A stretch of 64,000 nucleotides of DNA from SAR202 cluster bacterium (GTDB lineage: Bacteria > Chloroflexota > Dehalococcoidia > UBA6926 > VFHL01), in NCBI GenBank assembly GCA_009392005.1, contig VFHL01000001.1, positions 184,392 to 248,391 of the forward strand, in the 5' to 3' direction. A program made the position numbers and the translations under genes. Each line of letters begins with the position of its first letter. The first letter of the stretch is position 1. The notes beneath the pieces were generated by a model, which searched no databases, was not told the DNA's origin, and worked only from the letters and a program-made list of their open reading frames with translations. Positions 9,652 to 19,026 of this stretch are shown in pieces.

Positions 9652-12600
9652 ATGGGTTTTGAGCCGGTGTCGAGTAAGGTGGATTTTCCTGGGTTAGAGA
9701 ATGATGTTCAGGAATTTTGGCGCGAACACAACATTTTTCGAAGGACGTTAGATGAACGACAGGGAGCTCCTCTGTTTACTTTTTTTGAGGGACCTCCAAC
9801 CGCCAATGGTCGCCCTGGGATACATCATGTTTTGTCACGAGTATTTAAGGATATTATCCCGCGATTCAAGACAATGCAGGGTTTTTACGTTCCCCGTAAG
9901 GCAGGTTGGGATACACATGGTTTACCAGTTGAACTAGAGATAGAAAGAGAATTAGGCCTAAAAACCAAACAAGATATTGAATCATTTGGGATTGCCGAAT
10001 TCAATGCTAAATGTCGTGAAAGCGTTTTCAGGTATGTAAAAGATTGGGAAGAACTTACACAGCGAATCGGCTTCTGGCTTGATTTGGATGATGCATATGT
10101 GACGTTCAAAAATGAATATGTAGAGTCTTTATGGTGGATTTTTAAACAACTATGGGATAAGGATTTAGTCTACAAGGATTACAAAGTGACGCCTCATTGT
10201 CCAAGGTGCGACACTTCTTTAAGTTCACATGAGGTTGCGCAGGGTTATAAAGATGATACTCCTGATCCTTCTATATTCGTTCGATTCTCGCTTCTCCAAG
10301 ATGAGCACACACGTAAATTGAACTTAGGTAACGATAACATTGTTACGTCACTGCTAGTGTGGACAACAACACCATGGACATTACCGGCAAATGTTGGACT
10401 AGCAGTTTCCGCAGAATCAAATTATGTGTTGGTTGAAGGTGATTTCGGGAATGGTTCTGAGCAGCTTGTAGTAGCAGAAGCTCTTTTGGATACGATTTCA
10501 GATTATGAATACAGCATTAGGCAGACCATAAAAGGAGAGCAATTGGTTGGTTTCAGGTACACACCCTTATTCACTCCAGAACCTGTGGAGAATGCTTACC
10601 GAGTTATCGCGGCTGATTTTGTTTCAATGGATGATGGTACAGGAATTGTTCATGTCGCTCCCGCTTACGGTGCGGAAGATCTAGAAGTGGGTCGTCGTGA
10701 AGGATTACCAGTGTTGCATACCGTCCATCAAAATGGAGTAATTATGGACACTGTATCGAAGTGGGGAGGCGTTTTCATTAAGGAAGCGGATAGTGACATT
10801 ATTGCTGATCTTCAAGAACGAGGGGTTTTGTATGAGCACGGGGTGATCAAGCACACTTATCCCTTTTGTTGGAGATGTGATTCACCTCTGATTTATTATG
10901 CAAAAGTTTCTTGGTATATTCGTACAACTGCTGCTCAGGAGCGACTTTTAAGTGGAAATGAAGAGATTAATTGGTATCCAGAGCATATCAAGCGGGGTCG
11001 TTTTGGAGAATGGCTGAAGAATAATATTGATTGGGCTGTATCTCGTGAACGGTACTGGGGTACGCCAATGCCAATTTGGACATGTGCAGCGTGTGAAAGG
11101 AGCGAATGTGTAGGTGGGATCTCTGATCTCAACGGTAAGGATCAGATTCAAGGTTTATCCGATGATTTAGATTTACATAGGCCTTATGTCGATAATGTCA
11201 CATTTGCCTGTTCTGATTGCGGGGGACAAATGAAACGTGAATTAGAAGTGCTAGATGCCTGGTACGATTCAGGAGCAATGCCAGTAGCCCAGTGGCATTA
11301 TCCCTTTGAGAATGAGTCGACATTTCAATCACAATTCCCAGCTGATTTTATTTGTGAAGCTGTCGATCAAACTCGGGGCTGGTTTTATACTTTGCATGCG
11401 TTATCTACGTTGCTTTTTGCACAGCCAAGCTACAAGAATGTTATTTCTTTGGGGCATATTCTGGACGAGAACGGCGAGAAGATGAGCAAATCACGGGGAA
11501 ACGTTATTGAGCCGTGGGAAATCATTGATCAGCAGGGTGCGGATGCTCTTCGCTGGTATATGTACACAGCATCGGCCCCTGGTAATCCACGAAGATTTTC
11601 TTCAGCTCTTGTTGGAGAGTCAATTAGACGATTTATGTTGCCTTTGTGGAACGTTTACTCCTTTTTTGTCACGTACGCAAATATTGACGGGTTTGATCCA
11701 AAGGATCAAGTGCCTCTAGACCAACGCGCGCATCTAGATCGTTGGGTTCTATCAGAGTTGAACATTTTGATTCAAGACGTTACCGGTTTGCTTGAGGCGT
11801 ACAACCCGACGGATGCGGCTCGACGTATTCAGTCATTTGTAGACGATTTATCCAACTGGTATGTTCGCCGTAGCAGGCGGCGCTTCTGGAAAAGTGAAAA
11901 CGATCAAGATAAATTGGGAGCATATATTACCTTACATGAAGTTCTCGTTACCGTTTCGAAGCTTTTGGCTCCATTCACTCCATTTATTGCTGAGAAGATG
12001 TATCAGAACCTTGTATTCGTTGGAGATGACGGAGAGCACGACAGTGTACATCTTGCTGACTGGCCTGCAGTCGATGAAGAGGTTATTGATCGGGAGGTTG
12101 TATCTGATACTCAATTAGCAATCCAATTATCAAGTTTGGGCCGCGCTGCGAGGAGCAAAGCGAATATTCGTGTACGTCAGCCTTTATCCCATGTTTTTGT
12201 ACTCACGTCTGGTACTTTGCAACAAGAGGCTGTCATTCGAGTTGCTGATCAGGTACGGGATGAATTGAATGTAAAAGAGGTTTCTTCAATTAGTGACCTG
12301 GCGAATTTCATTCAATATTTAGTTAAACCCAACCTTCAAATTCTCGGGAAGAAATATGGTCGACAATTAAAGGATATCGTAGAGGGAATCGAAAGCGCTG
12401 ACGCAAACAAGATTGCAGAAGATGTTTTGGTCGGGAAGCAAATTCAGGTTGGGGCATTCATGTTATTACCAGATGAGATATTAGTGGAGGTGTCAGATAA
12501 GGAAGGATTTGTTTCATCGGTAGATGCGGGCCGAACCGTGATATTGGAAACACAGCTGTCAGAGGAATTGGTTTCAGAAGGATTGGCTCGAGAGGTCGTG

Positions 12601-12834
12601 CATCGTATTCAGACGATGCGTAGAGAAGCGGATTTTGATATTGCAGATCGCATTATTACCTATTATGGAGGGCATGAAGTTCTAACTGATGTGATTATGG
12701 AACATTCAACTTATATCTCTGAAGAAACATTGTCATCCGAACTCATATTGGCACCCCCGCCTGAAGAGGCTTTTTCGCAGCCGGTCAAGATTAATGATTT
12801 AGGTATTGAATTAGGTGTCAAAAAAATAGGTTGA
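9652..12834 (+). CDS. ileS: Isoleucyl-tRNA synthetase
   Basis: 1060 aa with a class I HIGH motif (PTANGRPGIHHVLSR), KMSKS, the CP1 editing domain and a C-terminal Zn/anticodon-binding region. Confidence 0.92.
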   Translation: MGFEPVSSKVDFPGLENDVQEFWREHNIFRRTLDERQGAPLFTFFEGPPTANGRPGIHHVLSRVFKDIIPRFKTMQGFYVPRKAGWDTHGLPVELEIERELGLKTKQDIESFGIAEFNAKCRESVFRYVKDWEELTQRIGFWLDLDDAYVTFKNEYVESLWWIFKQLWDKDLVYKDYKVTPHCPRCDTSLSSHEVAQGYKDDTPDPSIFVRFSLLQDEHTRKLNLGNDNIVTSLLVWTTTPWTLPANVGLAVSAESNYVLVEGDFGNGSEQLVVAEALLDTISDYEYSIRQTIKGEQLVGFRYTPLFTPEPVENAYRVIAADFVSMDDGTGIVHVAPAYGAEDLEVGRREGLPVLHTVHQNGVIMDTVSKWGGVFIKEADSDIIADLQERGVLYEHGVIKHTYPFCWRCDSPLIYYAKVSWYIRTTAAQERLLSGNEEINWYPEHIKRGRFGEWLKNNIDWAVSRERYWGTPMPIWTCAACERSECVGGISDLNGKDQIQGLSDDLDLHRPYVDNVTFACSDCGGQMKRELEVLDAWYDSGAMPVAQWHYPFENESTFQSQFPADFICEAVDQTRGWFYTLHALSTLLFAQPSYKNVISLGHILDENGEKMSKSRGNVIEPWEIIDQQGADALRWYMYTASAPGNPRRFSSALVGESIRRFMLPLWNVYSFFVTYANIDGFDPKDQVPLDQRAHLDRWVLSELNILIQDVTGLLEAYNPTDAARRIQSFVDDLSNWYVRRSRRRFWKSENDQDKLGAYITLHEVLVTVSKLLAPFTPFIAEKMYQNLVFVGDDGEHDSVHLADWPAVDEEVIDREVVSDTQLAIQLSSLGRAARSKANIRVRQPLSHVFVLTSGTLQQEAVIRVADQVRDELNVKEVSSISDLANFIQYLVKPNLQILGKKYGRQLKDIVEGIESADANKIAEDVLVGKQIQVGAFMLLPDEILVEVSDKEGFVSSVDAGRTVILETQLSEELVSEGLAREVVHRIQTMRREADFDIADRIITYYGGHEVLTDVIMEHSTYISEETLSSELILAPPPEEAFSQPVKINDLGIELGVKKIG

Positions 12835-12900
12835 TACTTGGTTCGGTTCAAAAACGCACATTTTATTCTGAAGTTTGGCCATGATACGTGGTAAGAGTGA

Positions 12901-13812
12901 TTACCCTGATGTGGATTCCAAGAAATTCTGGATTACATTTGCAAGCACTGAGGGTTGGTCATAAGCAATATCATGCACGGTCTCTTCAATCCAATGTAAA
13001 TGAGCGTTGGGGATTCTGCTCATAGCTTCTTGGACACCTAGCATTTTTCGTGCTGCAAATTCTTTCTTCATTGTTTTTTGGGGACCCGCAGGAACAAGTA
13101 AGGTTGGGGATTTTATATCTCCAAAAATGTTTGATGCAGGGTTGTTCCACATCGAATAAAGTACTTGCTCGTGATTAGCAGGTTCTAAAATTTCGTCTAC
13201 AGTGCCATCAGATTTTATTTTTACCATAGTCATGACTATTTGCTCTAGTTGGTCAGACCAGACATCAGTGAATTGTTTGCGTAGTGATGAAATATAACGT
13301 TCACGAGGACCGTAAATGTCTCGTGGTGATAGTCGCTCTTTGAAACTTTTCCAGGGGATTTCCGTCGAGCGCTGTGGTGCAACGCCGCCATCTATCAATA
13401 CTAGCCGAGAAACTCGACTTGGGTAGATGGCGGCGAGATGAGCTGCCACACTTGCCCCCCAAGAATGCCCGATTATGCATGCGGTTTCAATTTCTAACTT
13501 ATCCATTGCATCAATGATGTCTGTGGCTAGGGTGTGCCAGTCGTAACCTGTCGGAGTTTGCTCGGTTTTTCCATGAGCCCTTTGGTCAAAGGCTAGACGT
13601 CGGAAGTGAGGATTCAATAATGGCAAAACTAGCGAATACCAATGAGCGGAAGATGCTAGACCATGTAAGGCGATTATGGATTGTCCGGATTTGCCCCATT
13701 GGAGGTAGTGCATTCTAATTTTGTTCGCAACTAACCATCCATGCCGGGGTTTTTCTTGGTTCACGAAAGAGTCTTTAGCGTTGTTTCGGGTAATGTTTTC
13801 TCGTAACGGCAT
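12901..13812 (-). CDS. Alpha/beta-fold hydrolase
   Basis: 303 aa with a GHSWGASVA nucleophile elbow (GxSxG) and an HGLASS oxyanion region. Confidence 0.7.
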   Translation of the reverse strand: MPLRENITRNNAKDSFVNQEKPRHGWLVANKIRMHYLQWGKSGQSIIALHGLASSAHWYSLVLPLLNPHFRRLAFDQRAHGKTEQTPTGYDWHTLATDIIDAMDKLEIETACIIGHSWGASVAAHLAAIYPSRVSRLVLIDGGVAPQRSTEIPWKSFKERLSPRDIYGPRERYISSLRKQFTDVWSDQLEQIVMTMVKIKSDGTVDEILEPANHEQVLYSMWNNPASNIFGDIKSPTLLVPAGPQKTMKKEFAARKMLGVQEAMSRIPNAHLHWIEETVHDIAYDQPSVLANVIQNFLESTSG

Positions 13813-13846
13813 TTTGAAAATTTGTGGATCTGTTTTGCAGACCCAC

Positions 13847-14122
13847 CTAAGGGATACTCCTCCAAAATCGCTTTATGAATCCGCGAGATGCGTAAAGCAA
13901 GAGAGACACAATAATAATTAATGGTAGGACACGAATACCAACAGGCCCGAGACGTAGGAGAAAGACAATAAAACTTACTAAGCACATGGATAGTAGGGTG
14001 AATTTCAGGTATTTTTGCCACCTGAAAGAGACCTTTTTGGGGGTTAATGCTTTCAGCGAGCGCTTGCGTTTTGAACTGGTGTTCAAAATGCTGCCTAGTT
14101 CATCTTCAAGTTTCTTATCCAT
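13847..14122 (-). CDS. Hypothetical small membrane protein
   Basis: 91-aa ORF with a basic N-terminus and one or two predicted TM helices (LLSMCLVSFIVFLL, VLPLIIIVSLLLY). It lies immediately upstream of the hydrolase on the same strand. Confidence 0.3.
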   Translation of the reverse strand: MDKKLEDELGSILNTSSKRKRSLKALTPKKVSFRWQKYLKFTLLSMCLVSFIVFLLRLGPVGIRVLPLIIIVSLLLYASRGFIKRFWRSIP

Positions 14123-14332
14123 GATCCAAATGGATTCCTTGATAATTGTTCAGGTTGATATCGATTGGTAAAACTACGACAGTATGGCACGAATCATGTG
14201 ATTTTTGATAGGGTTTTACTCCTTTGCACTTGTCACGGTATCATTTTTCTGAGGAGTGCATTGCAACTGTTAAGGAATAAAATAAGGCGATATATTGTTG
14301 ATTAGGTTCTTCGTTTTATTAAGAGGTGCGTT

Positions 14333-14524
14333 ATGATGAAATCTATGCAAATGGATCACTGGGTAACACCCCACCAAGCCGCTGAAATAATGAAGGTTTC
14401 TTTGAATGAAGTATTGCAATTGATCGCTAATCGCGATCTCAAAGCAACGCATTTAGGCAGCAGCACAATTCCGTATATTCATAAGGATGAATTGGCTCGC
14501 TATCAGGCAAGTAAAAAGGAATGA
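14333..14524 (+). CDS. Excisionase/MerR-family helix-turn-helix DNA-binding protein (small)
   Basis: 63 aa; TPHQAAEIMKVSLNEVLQLIANRDLKATHLG matches the HTH_17 excisionase-type DNA-binding pattern. Confidence 0.5.
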   Translation: MMKSMQMDHWVTPHQAAEIMKVSLNEVLQLIANRDLKATHLGSSTIPYIHKDELARYQASKKE

Positions 14525-14617
14525 TCCTCAATTGGCCTGACTCTTTCCATTACCAACAATAGTCTGGAAGTGAATAAAGGCAAACCGAGTGTTGTCGTGG
14601 GGCGTATGTTCGGCTCT

Positions 14618-14860
14618 TTATAGACGCGTATATTTGTACGGGAATTGTTTTGTGTATAGTGCGCGGTTTAAAACACCGGCTCCTTTTGTTCTCCATACGC
14701 GCATTAGATTGACGCTATCTAGAGCTTGAGCTTTTCTCTTGTCGTCATTCAACTCCGTGATACTAACAGACTTGTACACACTGTCGTACCAATCTTTTTC
14801 CATATCGGTAAGGTCAGACTCGGAATCTGCTAGCTCGATGCCTTCGATATCTGCCATCAT
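14618..14860 (-). CDS. Hypothetical small protein
   Basis: 80-aa ORF convergent with the HTH gene; no recognizable family. Confidence 0.3.
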   Translation of the reverse strand: MMADIEGIELADSESDLTDMEKDWYDSVYKSVSITELNDDKRKAQALDSVNLMRVWRTKGAGVLNRALYTKQFPYKYTRL

Positions 14861-14995
14861 GGCCCCCTTGATTTATCCTCAATATCGTATGTTGCGTTTC
14901 TGTTCTGTGATTATCGCAGTAGTTGGGATTTTGTTCAATCCGTAATTTCAAGCCGACCACGCATTGCACTGAATTTTGTATTGGCATTGATGGAG

Positions 14996-16303
14996 CTATT
15001 CAATTTTAGAGAAAAGATCATCCAATTCGTTGAGAACGTTCTGGACATTTGAGACTTGAGAGATTGATTTCAGTGATGCAATTATTTTAGTGGCTTGATT
15101 GTGTGTGTGGTCACGCGTTTCTAGTGGTGTTTCATTGAGTGATATAACGTGTTTTGCATGCCTCAGACTTTCAACATTTCGAATATTAGACGGTCCTATG
15201 GGTATATTCGTCATGATAGTTGCATCAGCTTCTGCAATCAGGCGATTGTTGCGGTGATATGATTCGTTGTCAATTGGTGTAAATGGTGGGATGGAAACGT
15301 TTTCTATACCCAATGAAGAGGCTGTGGTTTGATCGACGTCATCATTATTCAAGACACCAACGGTGACTTTCATGCCTCTTCGATGGAGTATATGCATGAT
15401 CTCTGTTCCCGAGCTGTGGCCACTTATCAAGTGGATTCGTTTCCCATTTTTGATAATTTGCGCATTTTCGGTGATATGCGCTATTGGGTGAATGGTCAAT
15501 TGGTGGTTCACAGGATCAATATATACGGCAGTTTCAACGTCAAAAGCTTTTTGGATATTCCTTGAAGTGAGCACTTCTTCAGGTTTGCCGTCTTTAAGAA
15601 TCGAGCCATTTCTCATCAAGATCAGCCGGTTGCAATAGCGTGCTGCTACATTGAGGTCGTGAATTGCAGCGAGGATCGTAATTCCTTTTTTTGCGAGAAT
15701 CTTGACTTGATCAAAGATTCTTGTTTGATGTTGAAGATCAAGGTTCGCGGTGGGTTCGTCAAGAAGTAATGTGTCACCCTGTTGAGCCAAGGCCCTGGCG
15801 ATAAATATGCGTTGCTGTTCACCACCTGATAGCGTTGAAACAGAGCGTTCAGAGAAATCCAGCGTTTGAGTAAAATCCATCGCTGTTCGGGCAATCTCTC
15901 TATCGGATTCACGTTCTACTTGAAACTTGTTCAAGTGAGGATATCGACCCATTAGAACCACTTCTATTCCTTTGAAACCATGCGTGTTTGGGGCGATTTG
16001 TTGTACTTGCCCAACTGATCGAGCGAGTGCTTTTGCTGATATTTCGTCCAAGTCGTTGCCATTTATTGTGATGGTTCCGCTTTTAATCTTTAATAATTTT
16101 GAAATTGCTTTCAGTAACGTTGTTTTCCCAGCTCCGTTTGGACCAATTAATCCCACAAAGTCGCCTTCGTTGATTGAGAAATCTAAATTGTTGAGTAGTT
16201 CGTTGTCATCTATCGAGTAGAAGACTTTTTGCGCACTAACCGCAGGTACGCTCTCAAGATTATCTTGAGAGGAATTATTGCTCATTTCGTATAAATCTCC
16301 CAT
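14996..16303 (-). CDS. ABC transporter ATP-binding protein (FecE/BtuD family) fused to a C-terminal ~170-aa alpha/beta domain of unknown function
   Basis: The N-terminal ~260 aa carry Walker A (GPNGAGKTTLL), the signature LSGGEQQR, Walker B (LLLDEPT) and an H-loop. Residues ~265-435 form an extra domain with alternating beta-alpha pattern (RIHLISGHSSGTE..., MKVTVGVLNN, ADATIMTNIPIG). Confidence 0.8.
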   Translation of the reverse strand: MGDLYEMSNNSSQDNLESVPAVSAQKVFYSIDDNELLNNLDFSINEGDFVGLIGPNGAGKTTLLKAISKLLKIKSGTITINGNDLDEISAKALARSVGQVQQIAPNTHGFKGIEVVLMGRYPHLNKFQVERESDREIARTAMDFTQTLDFSERSVSTLSGGEQQRIFIARALAQQGDTLLLDEPTANLDLQHQTRIFDQVKILAKKGITILAAIHDLNVAARYCNRLILMRNGSILKDGKPEEVLTSRNIQKAFDVETAVYIDPVNHQLTIHPIAHITENAQIIKNGKRIHLISGHSSGTEIMHILHRRGMKVTVGVLNNDDVDQTTASSLGIENVSIPPFTPIDNESYHRNNRLIAEADATIMTNIPIGPSNIRNVESLRHAKHVISLNETPLETRDHTHNQATKIIASLKSISQVSNVQNVLNELDDLFSKIE

Positions 16304-16329
16304 CAGCTTTGTGGTTCTAAGAGCATTTT

Positions 16330-17400
16330 TCAGTTGGGTGGTAATGTGAATGAAGGTAAAATTTCGTTAGTGAATTCACTAGGCCAAAGAATGCTTGCAA
16401 GCGATTCAGCACCTTTGATGTTCCAAAATGATAGCGTCGTAAATATTCTGCTTTCTACAATATGTACTTGGTTCGCTTTAATCGCTGCTACATTTTTTAA
16501 AGCGGGATTATTCAAAAGGTCGGTTTTTAGCTCATTCGCTCCCCAATCAATGGGTTGTGGGATAAAAATTACTTCTGGATCCATCGCGATAAGACCTTCT
16601 AGACTTGTCGTAGCGTTTCCAACGATTCCAGCGTTCGCTGCTACATTTATTCCTCCTGCCATTTCAATAATGCTGCCCTCTGCGGAATCAATGCCCGCTG
16701 TCCAAATCTGATCTGAGTATCTGGTTACAGCCATAGTTCTCTTGCGCTCATCGTTGAAATCCTTGTGGCGTGTGATATTGGTAAGTGATTTGTAGCGAAC
16801 TTCGACTTCTTTCGCAAATTCTATGGCTCGCTCTTCCTCGCCATAGATATACCCCAAGAGTAGTATGTCTTGGATGCGTGTTGTTGGATTGTTTGAAAGG
16901 CTGGTTTGTATGATAGGTACGTTCAATTTATTCAGTGCTTCAATTGTTTCTTGAGGCATGTACGGGCTGACTACCATCACATCTGGCTGTTGTGCAATAA
17001 GTATCTCGGGATCAGTGTTGATTATGGGGATATCTTTTGTTAGGTTAGCAACGTTTGAGTAAGTGGAGTCCTGCGTAACGCTACCGACACCAACCAGACG
17101 TGAAGCTGGTACTAGAGCCAGTGTCATTTCATCGTGACCTATTGAGGCAGTTATTATGCGTTGTGGCTTTTCAGGAATTGTAATGGAACCATTGGAGCCT
17201 TTTACTGAACGCGGCCACCCAAAATTCTGTGGATCAAGAATTCCTGGCACATTAGAAAAAGCCGTTGTAGTGGTTTCATGCTCGGTTGCTTTTGGAGTTG
17301 GTGATGGTGTCGCTGATGAAGAGCAACCTATTCCGAAAACAATGAGCATCGTTGATAAGCCAATCATCCAAAATCTGTTTAGCCAATATCTTGCGTTCAA
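16330..17400 (-). CDS. ABC transporter periplasmic substrate-binding lipoprotein (iron-siderophore/cobalamin BtuF/FhuD family)
   Basis: 356 aa with a signal peptide and lipobox (LIVFGIGCSSS). Class III periplasmic-binding-protein features sit between the permease and ATPase genes. Confidence 0.78.
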   Translation of the reverse strand: MNARYWLNRFWMIGLSTMLIVFGIGCSSSATPSPTPKATEHETTTTAFSNVPGILDPQNFGWPRSVKGSNGSITIPEKPQRIITASIGHDEMTLALVPASRLVGVGSVTQDSTYSNVANLTKDIPIINTDPEILIAQQPDVMVVSPYMPQETIEALNKLNVPIIQTSLSNNPTTRIQDILLLGYIYGEEERAIEFAKEVEVRYKSLTNITRHKDFNDERKRTMAVTRYSDQIWTAGIDSAEGSIIEMAGGINVAANAGIVGNATTSLEGLIAMDPEVIFIPQPIDWGANELKTDLLNNPALKNVAAIKANQVHIVESRIFTTLSFWNIKGAESLASILWPSEFTNEILPSFTLPPN

Positions 17401-17425
17401 ACTGAATCCTCCTGATTGAGATCTT

Positions 17426-18502
17426 TTATGAAAACGTTTCGGTTCCGCGGTTATTGCGGATCAGTAAAAAAAGAAAGAATGGGGCGCCAATGAAAGAAGT
17501 GATAATCCCGACACGTATTTCTGCTGGCTGTACAATTGTTCGTGCGATTGTATCTGCTGCTATGAGGAATATTGCGCCTCCAATTGCGCTTGTTGGAACT
17601 AGTACACGATTATCTGTACCTACTATGAGGCGAAGGACATGTGGAACGATAAGCCCAACAAAGATAATGGTTCCACTAACAGCGACTGCTGTTCCCGTAA
17701 TTAGTGCGGACACAGCGATTAAAAATGGCCGAATATAGTTGACTCTCAAACCTAAGGATCGCGCATCATTATCACCTATCATCAACATGTTTAATTCGCG
17801 TGTGAACCCAAATATTAGGGTGATTCCGATCAATATTGGGATCCATGAAATGGCGACATGTTCCCAGGCTCGTGAATCAAGTCCGCCTGCTAGCCAAAAA
17901 AGGATCTTCCTTACAGGATCGTTGTCTGGTACTACCAAAATAGCCGCAGAAATAATTGAATTTAAAAATGCGGTTACCGCGACGCCAGCGAGCAGAAGTG
18001 TAGGCATCGAGAATCTTCCGCCGGCTGCAGCGATGGAATAAACGAGAAAAGTCGCTCCTATAGCGCCCAGGAATGAGAAAAATGGTAGGGCCAGGAAAAA
18101 GATTTCATTTAGACCCAACGCGATTGCGATCACTGCTCCAACAGCTCCACCCGCAGAAACACCAATGATTCCCGGATCCGCCATAGGATTCCGGAAAAGG
18201 CTTTGCATTGTAGCACCAGCGACGCTAAGTGCCATCCCAACTAATCCTGCGATGATAATTCGTGGTATTCGTAGCTGTAGAACTATTAAAGAGTCAGTTT
18301 GGTTTTGTGATGAATTGAGTGTAAATGCATCTGCAATAATGTGTAGGACACGAATAAATCTGATCGATACAGGTCCAGAGGCAGTTGCGATGGAAACGGT
18401 TATGAATAAGCAGATGACAAGAACGGTTATTGATATAACCAATCGTTGCAAGATACTTCCATTATTGAATTGATTTAGCGTTTGGCTAACACGGCGAACC
18501 AT
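17426..18502 (-). CDS. ABC transporter permease (FecCD/BtuC family)
   Basis: Multi-TM protein with FecCD-family motifs. The likely true start is ATG at 18502 (MVRRVSQ...). The track's upstream TTG (18532) lies inside a hairpin. Confidence 0.85.
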   Translation of the reverse strand: MVRRVSQTLNQFNNGSILQRLVISITVLVICLFITVSIATASGPVSIRFIRVLHIIADAFTLNSSQNQTDSLIVLQLRIPRIIIAGLVGMALSVAGATMQSLFRNPMADPGIIGVSAGGAVGAVIAIALGLNEIFFLALPFFSFLGAIGATFLVYSIAAAGGRFSMPTLLLAGVAVTAFLNSIISAAILVVPDNDPVRKILFWLAGGLDSRAWEHVAISWIPILIGITLIFGFTRELNMLMIGDNDARSLGLRVNYIRPFLIAVSALITGTAVAVSGTIIFVGLIVPHVLRLIVGTDNRVLVPTSAIGGAIFLIAADTIARTIVQPAEIRVGIITSFIGAPFFLFLLIRNNRGTETFS

Positions 18503-18504
18503 AT

Positions 18505-18543
18505 AATAAAAAAAACCTTCAGTGAATAACAATTCGCTGAAGG
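18505..18543 (-). terminator. Riboswitch expression-platform hairpin/terminator immediately 5' of the permease start
   Basis: On the minus strand, CCTTCAGCGAATTGTTATTCACTGAAGG is followed by T8 and then ATTAT-ATG. This is a perfect stem with a U-tract 5 nt before the start codon. Confidence 0.55.
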
Positions 18544-18589
18544 TTTTTCATCACGCTGGTCAAAACCGTTTTTAATACGGTCCTTGGTT

Positions 18590-18800
18590 GACGGTCTCCC
18601 CTTGGCAGCGAAGAGAGTATTCATCTTTGCGTTTAGGCAGGTCTCCTGGCTAACGGGGCATTACTTTGTGCTGACTTCCTTCCCGCAAAAAAAGGAGCTT
18701 GCAGTGGAAGTCTGCGTTTTTTCCCGATTACAGTGGCGCGACCGCGGCGGAATCTAACCGCCTTCCCTATTCTCCCCAGATGTGGGGCACCTAAACGATT
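18590..18800 (-). ncRNA. Cobalamin (B12) riboswitch aptamer
   Basis: Minus-strand sequence GGTGCCCCACATCTGGGGAGAATAGGGAAGGCGGTTAGATTCCGCCGCGGTCGCGCCACTGTAA contains the conserved GGTGCC, AAxAGGGAA, GGTtAGAtTCC and B12-box GCCACTG elements. It lies upstream of a BtuCFD-like operon. Confidence 0.7.
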
Positions 18801-19026
18801 TTGGTATGCTCCTTGTCTTTCAGTCTATAAGCGAAATGATCACAGCAAAATGTTGCTGCGTCAACACTTGACTTCTAAAATAGCCAAATTGAAAATCCGA
18901 TATTATCGGCCTGCACCAATTAGCAGCGTTTATATTTGTCCTTATTTGTAATAACAGATTAAGATGGTTATTTATTGGGTTCAACAAGATAATGAAGCTG
19001 ATTTGATACCCAATTTCAGCTGGTGA

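Noticed and set aside
14333-14524. Excisionase-type HTH as a marker of a prophage or integrative element
   Set aside because: There are no integrase, transposase, att-like direct repeats or tRNA-adjacent insertion signature within the window. It is kept only as a weak accessory-islet hint.
18532-18534. TTG start for the ABC permease as given in the ORF track
   Set aside because: It lies inside the riboswitch terminator stem. The downstream ATG at 18502 gives the canonical MVRR... BtuC-type N-terminus.
18733-18951. 72-aa plus-strand ORF overlapping the B12 riboswitch
   Set aside because: It lies antisense to a well-supported riboswitch and has no coding features, so it is a spurious ORF.
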